Source: an uncultured Collinsella sp. (lineage in GTDB: Bacteria > Actinomycetota > Coriobacteriia > Coriobacteriales > Coriobacteriaceae). From it: DNA of 64,000 bases. Made by a program: the position numbers and the translations under genes. Positions 20,265 through 28,074 of the stretch are shown in pieces; within the stretch, counting starts at the first letter, position 1, and each line of letters begins with the position of its first letter. Below the pieces are notes generated by a model. That model ran no database searches. It saw only the letters and a list, made by a program, of their open reading frames with translations, and was not told the origin of the DNA. The stretch covers positions 8,559 through 72,558 of the forward strand of contig UQUL01000003.1 in NCBI GenBank assembly GCA_900544235.1, written 5' to 3'.

Positions 20265-20939
20265 ATGCGTATTTTGATCGTCGAAGACGAGCGAGCGCTG
20301 TGCGATGCAATCGCGCGCAGCTTGCGAAACTTGGCGTACAGCGTCGACTGCTGCCACGACGGACAGGAGGCGCTCGACCTGCTGGGCGTCGAAGTCTTTG
20401 ACCTCGTGGTACTCGACCTCAACCTTCCCCGTATCGATGGCATGACCGTGCTCAGGGAACTTAGGAAAACCGACTGCGAGACCAAGGTACTGATTCTGTC
20501 CGCACGCGGCGAGGTCGCCGACAAGGTCGCCGGACTCGATGCCGGCGCCAACGATTACCTTACCAAGCCGTTTCATCTTGACGAGCTTGCGGCAAGGATC
20601 CGCAGCCTTACCCTCAGGCGCTTTGCACAAAGCGACATAGTATTAACCTGTGGAAAGCTCCGCTTTGACACCAAGGCGCGCATCGCTTCCGTAGACAGCG
20701 AGGCCCTATCTCTTACGCGCAAGGAAACGGGAATCTTGGAATACCTGATGCTTAATCAGGGGCGACCGGTAAGCCAAGAGGAACTTATAGAGCACGTTTG
20801 GGATAGCAGCGTGAACAGCTTTAGCAACGCGACCCGCGTTCACATCTCGTCACTCCGAAAAAAGCTAGGCAGCGCTTTGGGATACGACCCGATTCGCAAT
20901 CGGATTGGAGAGGGCTACGTTATGGAGGATAGCGAATGA
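20265..20939 (+). CDS. OmpR-family response regulator
   Basis: MRILIVEDE receiver domain plus winged helix. RBS AAGGAG. Confidence 0.9.
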   Translation: MRILIVEDERALCDAIARSLRNLAYSVDCCHDGQEALDLLGVEVFDLVVLDLNLPRIDGMTVLRELRKTDCETKVLILSARGEVADKVAGLDAGANDYLTKPFHLDELAARIRSLTLRRFAQSDIVLTCGKLRFDTKARIASVDSEALSLTRKETGILEYLMLNQGRPVSQEELIEHVWDSSVNSFSNATRVHISSLRKKLGSALGYDPIRNRIGEGYVMEDSE

Positions 20940-22063
20940 AAAGGCTTTCGCTGCAATGGCGCATAACGATTATGACGGCACTGCTGACGTGTGCGGCGTG
21001 CGTGCTGACGAACTGCCTGGTCGGCTATACGGGCATGCGCTATATGGAAGCCATCGGCAGTGACATCTCGGCCTTTAACGCAACTGGCGAAAATTCGCCC
21101 CAAGCGTTCGACCCAACGAAAGCGACCCTCGATGACGAGGTCACGATCGTCGTAAACGACGCACAGGAGTCTTTTGGCACGACAGCCTGGCGCATCACGG
21201 CTGGAGTCACACTCCTTGGCGGCGTGCTGGCATACTTTGTGAGCGGCCGTGCACTCAAACCGCTACGGGCTTTTGCAGCCCAGGTTGAGCGCGTGCAGCC
21301 TGACAACCTAAGCGAAATTAAGCTCGGCAAAGATGTACCCACCGAACTACAGCGATGCAGCGCCTCCTTCAACGACATGATTGTCCGACTCGACGAAGGT
21401 TTCTCCGCGCAGCGTCAATTTACCGGCAACGCCGCGCACGAGCTGCGAACCCCGCTCGCCCTTATGCAGGCACAGATCGAACTGTTTGTCTCCGAGCGCT
21501 CCAACTTACAACCCGAAACAGCCGAGTTGCTCGGCCTGCTACAAGAACAAACCGAGCGCATGTCTCGAATGACCAAGGTATTGCTCGAGATGAGTGAGCT
21601 CCGCAGCGTTCCTTGCGAGGACGATGTTGAACTTGGCCCCTTGTCCGAAGAGGTCCTCACCGACCTTGCGCCACTTGCCGAGAATAAGGACGTAACCCTC
21701 GATTGCGCCGGAGACGCTTTGACAATCGGAAGTGATACGCTCCTCTATCGGCTGGTGTTTAATCTGGTCGAAAACGCCATCCGTTACAGCCGCTCCGGCT
21801 CGACTGTCAACGTCTCCATCAGCGACAGCGACAGCCATGTGCTCCTGCGAGTCAAAGATGAGGGCCCGGGAATACCCAAGCAGTACCGAGAGAGCATCTT
21901 CCAGCCGTTCTTTCGTCTAGACAAATCCCGCAGCAGGGCATACGGCGGCGCAGGACTCGGGCTAGCTCTCGTTTGGGAGATTGCAGCGCTTCACGGTGGC
22001 GCCGTAGAGGTCGAAGCAAGTTCCGAGGACGGGACCACCATGCTCGTAAGCCTTCCAAAATGA
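20936..22063 (+). CDS. sensor histidine kinase
   Basis: ATGA overlap with the regulator gene. Two TM segments, H-box AAHELRTPLALM and a GAGLGLAL G-box. Confidence 0.9.
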   Translation: MKRLSLQWRITIMTALLTCAACVLTNCLVGYTGMRYMEAIGSDISAFNATGENSPQAFDPTKATLDDEVTIVVNDAQESFGTTAWRITAGVTLLGGVLAYFVSGRALKPLRAFAAQVERVQPDNLSEIKLGKDVPTELQRCSASFNDMIVRLDEGFSAQRQFTGNAAHELRTPLALMQAQIELFVSERSNLQPETAELLGLLQEQTERMSRMTKVLLEMSELRSVPCEDDVELGPLSEEVLTDLAPLAENKDVTLDCAGDALTIGSDTLLYRLVFNLVENAIRYSRSGSTVNVSISDSDSHVLLRVKDEGPGIPKQYRESIFQPFFRLDKSRSRAYGGAGLGLALVWEIAALHGGAVEVEASSEDGTTMLVSLPK

Positions 22064-22154
22064 TCTGTAGCGTTAGCCGAACAGTAAAACGAAAGGGGTC
22101 CCGAGCAACAGGAGTACAATTGCTGCATTGTTGCCAGCTGTTGGGAGATGGAAG

Positions 22155-23159
22155 ATGGACTGCGATGGCTACCCACGCGTTCCCATGCCGTTGATGTGCA
22201 CCGCCTTTGTGCCGGGGCAGATTGACGATGCGGTTGCAGGCATTTCCGACCCCGATTCACGCACCATCGCCACGGCAGAAGCGCTGTACTTTCGCGGACA
22301 GGCCACTCTCGCCGCCGAGGCAGCACGCCCCTATCTTGACGCCACCGACCCCGCACTGCGCTATTCCGCATGCTTTATCTGCGGATATGCCAGTCTGTCG
22401 CTCAACCGTATCGCCGATGCCCGCCGGTGCCTTGCGGGCATCCTTGATGTGCCCACCGACGAAGAATCGCTCGCCGTCCACGCCACGCATATCCTGTTCG
22501 CCTCGGCCGCAAGCGTCCTGCTACATCTGCCTTCCCCGTATTCTGCCGAAGAGTTTTATCCACTTGCGACGCATCTGCCCGAAGGCCTGCGCCTGTTCGC
22601 CAGCTACGTGATGGCACACGCCTTGTATCTGCGCGGCGAATACGGCCGCAGCCTAGGCATGGCGGAAAATGCCCTGATCATGAAACAGGGAAGCTATCCC
22701 ATCTCGGAACTGTTCCTGCATCTGGCAGCTTCCATGGCATGCATGAGCCTCAAGGACATCGACGCCGCAAAGGCACACTTCGGAGTTGCTTGGAACATTG
22801 CACGTCCCGACGGCCTTATCGAGCTCATTGGCGAGCACCACGGCCTTTTACAGGGGCTCATCGAGGCGTGCCTAAAAACGCAATACCCTGACGACTTCGC
22901 GCGCGTCATCGAGATCACGTACCGCTTCAGCTACGGCTGGCGGCGCATCCACAACCCCGATTCGGGCGAGGACGTGGCCGACGATCTAACGACCACGGAA
23001 TTCACCATGGCCATGCTCGCCTGTCGTGGGTGGACCAACGCCGAAATCGCACGCCATATGGGAGTATCGCCGGGCACCGTCAAAAACCGCCTATCCGGCG
23101 TATACGCAAAGCTTGGCATCGGCACACGCGCCGAGCTGGTCGCGCATATGTTGCGTTAG
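22155..23159 (+). CDS. LuxR-family transcriptional regulator (TPR-like N-terminal domain + C-terminal HTH)
   Basis: C-terminus is FTMAMLACRGWTNAEIARHMGVSPGTVKNRLSGVYAKLG. Start re-picked at ATG 22155 (RBS GGGAG). Confidence 0.75.
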   Translation: MDCDGYPRVPMPLMCTAFVPGQIDDAVAGISDPDSRTIATAEALYFRGQATLAAEAARPYLDATDPALRYSACFICGYASLSLNRIADARRCLAGILDVPTDEESLAVHATHILFASAASVLLHLPSPYSAEEFYPLATHLPEGLRLFASYVMAHALYLRGEYGRSLGMAENALIMKQGSYPISELFLHLAASMACMSLKDIDAAKAHFGVAWNIARPDGLIELIGEHHGLLQGLIEACLKTQYPDDFARVIEITYRFSYGWRRIHNPDSGEDVADDLTTTEFTMAMLACRGWTNAEIARHMGVSPGTVKNRLSGVYAKLGIGTRAELVAHMLR

Positions 23160-23215
23160 CGACCGGGCTGCCAAGCGCATCGAACGCGTTCCGGAACCCG
23201 GCGCTTCGCTCGATC

Positions 23216-23289
23216 AATTTGGACATTTTGACCCTTGAACGGCACTACCGCCACGTGGCACCTTCTCGCAAAATTGGATTATTTCCACC
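23216..23289 (+). promoter_or_regulatory. two imperfect 19-bp direct repeats upstream of the giant surface-protein gene
   Basis: AATTTGGACATTTTGACCC (23216..23234) and AAATTGGATTATTTCCACC (23271..23289). Confidence 0.3.
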
Positions 23290-23314
23290 GATACCTGCGG
23301 GATGGGAGCCAAAG

Positions 23315-26300
23315 ATGCTTGATCGCCGTTCGCTACTTGTTGCCGGAGCGTCCTCGCTGGCAAGCATTATGTTGCCGCGCGTACCGGGAAGCGCAAACGC
23401 CTTCATATTGCCGTTCGCGCTTCCCGAAGCCTATGCCGACGAAAAAGACCCTTTCAGGGTGCTCGTCCTCTCGCGCACCATGTTCGGTGTGGTCGTGGTC
23501 GACGTCGCCAACAAGAATACGCCCATCACGGGTGCCCAGGTCACGCTCACATCGCGCTATGCCGCAGGCAAGCAGCTCACCGCCACGACCGATGACGAAG
23601 GCACCGCCATCTTTGAGGTCGCGCCGCTTTCGGAAGGCTACGTGGACGAGGCGACGCTTCTCGACGCGTACGACTTTAACGGCAGCATCTCCATTAGCAT
23701 GGCGGGCTACCGCGATGTCGAGATTCCCCTCTCGCGTGTCCAAGGCGGCACCGCCATTACCGCACCCACACGTCCGCTCTCCGATGGCGAGCCGTACTTT
23801 CGACAGCTCACGTTCGACGAATGGGACATCCAGTACGCCGACGCCACGTTTATGGCAATGCCAGCGGACGAAGCAACAAACGACCAGCCCAACACGCACG
23901 CTTTTACCGTGCAGGCCCATCTGCCGCAGGGCGGGCAGGCAACGCTGTGCATCAACAAGGTAATGCCCGCCACGGGTAGCTCGCCCGAAACCGTCACGCA
24001 AATTGGCCAAGTCAAGGCCAGTGCATCGGGTTCGGATAATCTGGCGACGTTCACACTCGAAGACAAGTTCCTCGATGCAGCTTCGGGCCTTCTGGAGGAA
24101 GGATGCAAGCTGCGCTTTGTGCTCGACTACCAGGGTAAAACCTACACGCTCTCCTCCCCCATGGCCGTTGTCACCGCGCCGGCCGCAAAGGCAGAATCGG
24201 GCTCAACGACCATCATCCCCACCACCATGGATCAAGAGATCACTCCGTTTGATTTCCCCGCGGCGTTCCCCGGCATCGGCGGCAACAAGTTCACCTGCTG
24301 GATGCCCACATTTCCGATCCTCTTCGATTTCTCGTTTGCCGGATACGTGCTGTTTGGCGGAGGATACAAACCGGTCGGCTACATGAACGATTCGGGCAAT
24401 CCGGATCCGGAATACTGGAAGAAATCGCCGCGTGAGTCGGGCGCCAAGCAGGCAAACCGCTACCTCGACGAAATGGAGGGGAAGTGGAATCAGTATAAGA
24501 GTATGAGTGCCGGTTCGGGCACCGATCCAAGAAACACCAAGCTGCTTCGTCACCACTGCACGCTGCTGTTTACGATGGATATCGCCACACAGCTGTACGG
24601 CTCGCTCGCCTACGATTGGGTGGGCAAAACCTGGGGCAACAACAACGACCCCGCATACGGCAATATTAAGGCCCTCTTCCAGGTAAGAACCGACCTCAAT
24701 TGGACCGAGCAGTTTACCCTAGGACCGGTGCCGTTTTTCCTAAACGTCAACCCTTGGGTGCTGGCAAAACTGGCGCTCGCCGTGGGCGCCCACACGCACG
24801 GTAGCGGCGCGGCGTTTTTCAAGAACATTTCGCTCGACTATTCCAACACGTCGGGATCGTTCACCATCCAGATCGGGCTTGCCGTCACCTTTGGCGCCGG
24901 CGTTGCAGGCGTCGCCTCGTCTGCCGTGCGCGGCGCCGCATCCCTCACGCTGTTCATTGGGTACGAGAAGGCAGATGGACACCAGCTTCCGCGGCTGCGC
25001 GTGGGTGCAGACGTCGATGTCGATGTGATACTCCAGTTCGTAATGTTCAAGTGGACCACCAAGGCTTGGTCGGGGTCGTGGCCCACACTCCTCGATTCGT
25101 GGAATATGTCGGTGAACAATGGCGACCAGTATGTACTCCAGCGCTCTGAGCTCGCATTGGGTGGAGATACGCCTTATACGCTGGATGCCCGCTTCGGCAC
25201 GCCCGGCAACATCGAGGCGGGCGGCGTGCCGCAATTTATCGCATCGGCCACCATCGTCACCAACGCCGAACTGCTCGCACGCGCCGAGGTTAAGGCCACT
25301 GCCGTAAACGCCGCGCCTGTCGTGCGCGATTGGGATCAAGCGGTCACGCGCATTGAGCTCGAGGCGGATGCAGAAAGCGACGACACGGGACAGATCGAGT
25401 ATTTCGTCCATGCACTGATAGAGAACGACGAAAACGCCGCGCCGATGTATGAGTACACCTATATCGGTCAGGCAACAAACGCCGTTGCGGACCCGAACGC
25501 CAATTCTGCCGGCGTGTCGGAGGACGAGCGTGGCGGCATCAAGCCCTCGAGCGACAACGTGCTGTTTGCTGGCGTGCTCAGCGAAGCCCACATGAAGCTG
25601 GCAATGATTGCCGGCGTAGAATGCCTGTTCCGTATCGCCTCGGTGCGCTACGGCGACAATGGTCGCTCGCGCCTGGTGGTACACACAAAGGCAAACGGAA
25701 CGTGGTCCGCTCCCACGCCTGTGGACTTTCCCCTTGGGTTTGGCGAGGAAGACGTGGAGCGCGACGGCATATACGATTACGACTTCGACGTAGTGGAATA
25801 TACGGACGGAAGAGGAAACCAGGACGCCTACGTGCTGTTGGTCTCGGGCGAGCGCTCCGACGGCGACAGCACCCTTTTCGATACGGCAAGCACAGCCGGC
25901 ATACTGTCCGTTGTGCGCCTGCGCATAAGCAATAGCGAAGTTCGCGTGGTATCGCACACGTCGTGGCGCAGCATCTCGCGCGGCCGCCTGCAGGAGGACG
26001 GTTACCATTGTCTGCAGTGTCCACGCATCACGGTGGGCAAGACGCTTGTCGACGGGCGTCTGTCGGGCGCCTATCTCCACCGCCGCGGAACCACGGCAGA
26101 AAAGGCGTTGGGCACCGAGGCAGAGGTCGCGCTCGAGTGCTTTACCCTGTGGTCGGACGTTTCGGGCGACAGCCTCACGTTCCGTCAGGTCCTCCGCTTT
26201 CCGCAGGCACCGTCGAGCATCGAGCTGGGCGAGCCCGAGAATATCAACGGCAAAATGGTGGTGCCCGTTGCGTACGAGACCGCAGACGGTTGCGGCTGCG

Positions 26301-27682
26301 CATCGTACGCCGTGATCGGCCAGTCCATTGCGGGCTGGGGCGTTATGCCACCAGACGCCACGGTACCCCGTGCGGTACCGTGGCCACAACATTCGGGCTT
26401 TTTGGCAACCGTCAACGAGCAACTGCAGCATATTACTTGGACGCGAGGCGCATCGGCGTTTGCAACGCAGCCCGTGGGTGCCGCAGGCTGTGGCCCGGCA
26501 TCGTTTAGCGTAAGCAACAACGGCAGGTGCGCGCTCTATGTAGAGAACACCGATGGCAAGGTGGGACAGACCTACGACGAAGAAGGCAACCCAGTTGCAG
26601 TGATGGGCAAGCACTTCCGCATCTTCGCCAGCACCTTGTCAGGCGATCTGTTTACGGAGCCGTTCGTGATGTGCGAGCTGGACCATCCCGTCGATCAGAT
26701 AACGACATTTTTGACGTCGGGGAGCATGCTCTCCGCGCTCGCCACGCACATTGTGAGCGCGGAGAAGAGCGAGGCAGAACTACACGGCATCGAAGTGCCC
26801 TTGGTGGCGTGTGCCACTCCGACGGGCGCGGTCGCTACCTCGGGCGCGGTGGTGCCCGGAGCAGCAGGCGAATCCTTCATGGTCACGGTGCGAAACGACG
26901 GTAACACCTTGCTGACCGCCGGCACGATCGATCTGTACCGAGAGGGCTCCAGCCAGCCGTTCTCCAGCGCATCCATCGGGTTCGGAGCAAACGCACGCAT
27001 GGCTTCGATCTACGATCCGGAGCTTGCCGAGGATGCTTCGGCCAACGACATGGCACACGTGAAGTACGCGCTCGAGACGCTGGGCGCACGTTTTGCAACG
27101 CACCCGCTGGTAGCCGACAGCGGCAACGCCGTGCTGGCACCGGGTTGCACGGCACAGTTCCGCATGAGCTTCGCCATCCCCGAGAGTTGGAGCGACGAGG
27201 TGGGCAAACGTGTAACGCTGTATGCGAAGGCGCGTAATCTGGTGGCGCTCGATCCCGTAACGCTCGAGGAAATTCGACCGGGCGCAAACTCGGCGCTGGG
27301 TGCCGTACTGCACGAGCTTCATGTGCCCGACGCGGCATGCGAACGCTCAGAAGTTCAGGTCGGCGTATGCGACAGCGCGGATACGACAGAACTTCACGAC
27401 GCCCCGATGACAGCAGACGACGATGGCGGCTCGAGTGGCGGCGGTACCGACGAGGGCGGCGGCTCCGGCGGAAGCAGCTCCGGCAGTGGCAAGGACCACA
27501 GCAATAACAAACGCTCCGGAAAAGCGGGCGCGCTCGCTGGCACGGGCGATGTCAACGCTCCCCTTACGGCAGCCGCTGCAGCACTCGCCGCGGCAGGCGC
27601 CGGCCTCATCGCCTACAGCGCCCGCCGCACGGCGCTCGAAACCGACACTGCCGATGAGGTCAATTCTGATAAGCCTCACTAG
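23315..27682 (+). CDS. 1455-aa secreted, cell-wall-anchored surface protein (Tat-like signal, LAGTG sorting signal)
   Basis: Start re-picked at ATG 23315 (RBS GGGAG), giving MLDRRSLLVAGASSLASIMLPRVPGSANA. An early Ig/CarboxypepD_reg-like segment is present. Gly/Ser linker, then LAGTG (27533..27547), a 23-aa hydrophobic stretch and SARR. The track start at 23030 overlaps the LuxR gene. Confidence 0.8.
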   Translation: MLDRRSLLVAGASSLASIMLPRVPGSANAFILPFALPEAYADEKDPFRVLVLSRTMFGVVVVDVANKNTPITGAQVTLTSRYAAGKQLTATTDDEGTAIFEVAPLSEGYVDEATLLDAYDFNGSISISMAGYRDVEIPLSRVQGGTAITAPTRPLSDGEPYFRQLTFDEWDIQYADATFMAMPADEATNDQPNTHAFTVQAHLPQGGQATLCINKVMPATGSSPETVTQIGQVKASASGSDNLATFTLEDKFLDAASGLLEEGCKLRFVLDYQGKTYTLSSPMAVVTAPAAKAESGSTTIIPTTMDQEITPFDFPAAFPGIGGNKFTCWMPTFPILFDFSFAGYVLFGGGYKPVGYMNDSGNPDPEYWKKSPRESGAKQANRYLDEMEGKWNQYKSMSAGSGTDPRNTKLLRHHCTLLFTMDIATQLYGSLAYDWVGKTWGNNNDPAYGNIKALFQVRTDLNWTEQFTLGPVPFFLNVNPWVLAKLALAVGAHTHGSGAAFFKNISLDYSNTSGSFTIQIGLAVTFGAGVAGVASSAVRGAASLTLFIGYEKADGHQLPRLRVGADVDVDVILQFVMFKWTTKAWSGSWPTLLDSWNMSVNNGDQYVLQRSELALGGDTPYTLDARFGTPGNIEAGGVPQFIASATIVTNAELLARAEVKATAVNAAPVVRDWDQAVTRIELEADAESDDTGQIEYFVHALIENDENAAPMYEYTYIGQATNAVADPNANSAGVSEDERGGIKPSSDNVLFAGVLSEAHMKLAMIAGVECLFRIASVRYGDNGRSRLVVHTKANGTWSAPTPVDFPLGFGEEDVERDGIYDYDFDVVEYTDGRGNQDAYVLLVSGERSDGDSTLFDTASTAGILSVVRLRISNSEVRVVSHTSWRSISRGRLQEDGYHCLQCPRITVGKTLVDGRLSGAYLHRRGTTAEKALGTEAEVALECFTLWSDVSGDSLTFRQVLRFPQAPSSIELGEPENINGKMVVPVAYETADGCGCASYAVIGQSIAGWGVMPPDATVPRAVPWPQHSGFLATVNEQLQHITWTRGASAFATQPVGAAGCGPASFSVSNNGRCALYVENTDGKVGQTYDEEGNPVAVMGKHFRIFASTLSGDLFTEPFVMCELDHPVDQITTFLTSGSMLSALATHIVSAEKSEAELHGIEVPLVACATPTGAVATSGAVVPGAAGESFMVTVRNDGNTLLTAGTIDLYREGSSQPFSSASIGFGANARMASIYDPELAEDASANDMAHVKYALETLGARFATHPLVADSGNAVLAPGCTAQFRMSFAIPESWSDEVGKRVTLYAKARNLVALDPVTLEEIRPGANSALGAVLHELHVPDAACERSEVQVGVCDSADTTELHDAPMTADDDGGSSGGGTDEGGGSGGSSSGSGKDHSNNKRSGKAGALAGTGDVNAPLTAAAAALAAAGAGLIAYSARRTALETDTADEVNSDKPH

Positions 27683-27735
27683 CTCTCAGTTACCTTTGCG
27701 AGAGACGCCGACTCGGCTCATCGAACACCAAAAGA

Positions 27736-27763
27736 GGCTGGTTCTGGATACCCAGAGCCAGCC
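27736..27763 (+). terminator. hairpin after the surface-protein gene
   Basis: GGCTGGTTCTGG / CCAGAGCCAGCC, 12-bp stem with one mismatch. Confidence 0.45.
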
Positions 27764-27905
27764 CATTTCGCATTAGATATCATCAGGGGAGTCGAGTTCT
27801 GCCTCGAGCTTGGCACGGCGTCTTTTCGCCAACAATCCGCACGACATGTCTTCGACAGCGTATCCAACCGCAAACGCAGCAAGACACATTCGGCCGTCTT
27901 CAAAC

Positions 27906-27979
27906 TTACTCGGCCAAAACCGACTCGGTTTTGGCCGAGTAAACAAATCTCCATCGAACTCCGAACGATTGTTCGATGG
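27906..27979. repeat. two adjacent strong hairpins upstream of the topoisomerase operon
   Basis: Perfect 17-bp stem TTACTCGGCCAAAACCG with a 3-nt loop (27906..27942). Then a 9-bp stem CCATCGAAC / GTTCGATGG (27951..27979). No T-run follows either. Confidence 0.6.
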
Positions 27980-28074
27980 ATTTCGTGTTGGGTGGAATCG
28001 TCTGTGGGCTGGGCTATGCTACCTTGACTATCTATATGACTTAAACGCAGCAAGGGAGCACCGAGAGAGCGAGT

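Noticed and set aside
23030-23314. Track start of the giant ORF 285 nt upstream, overlapping the LuxR gene
   Set aside because: The upstream extension is Arg-rich and overlaps the LuxR HTH coding region. ATG 23315 has an RBS and yields a proper Tat-like signal peptide.
24740-26614. 624-aa minus-strand ORF inside the giant surface-protein gene
   Set aside because: Antisense shadow typical of high-GC coding DNA. Its composition is low-complexity Arg/Ala/His/Gly, it has no RBS, and the + strand frame is continuous with signal and sorting motifs.
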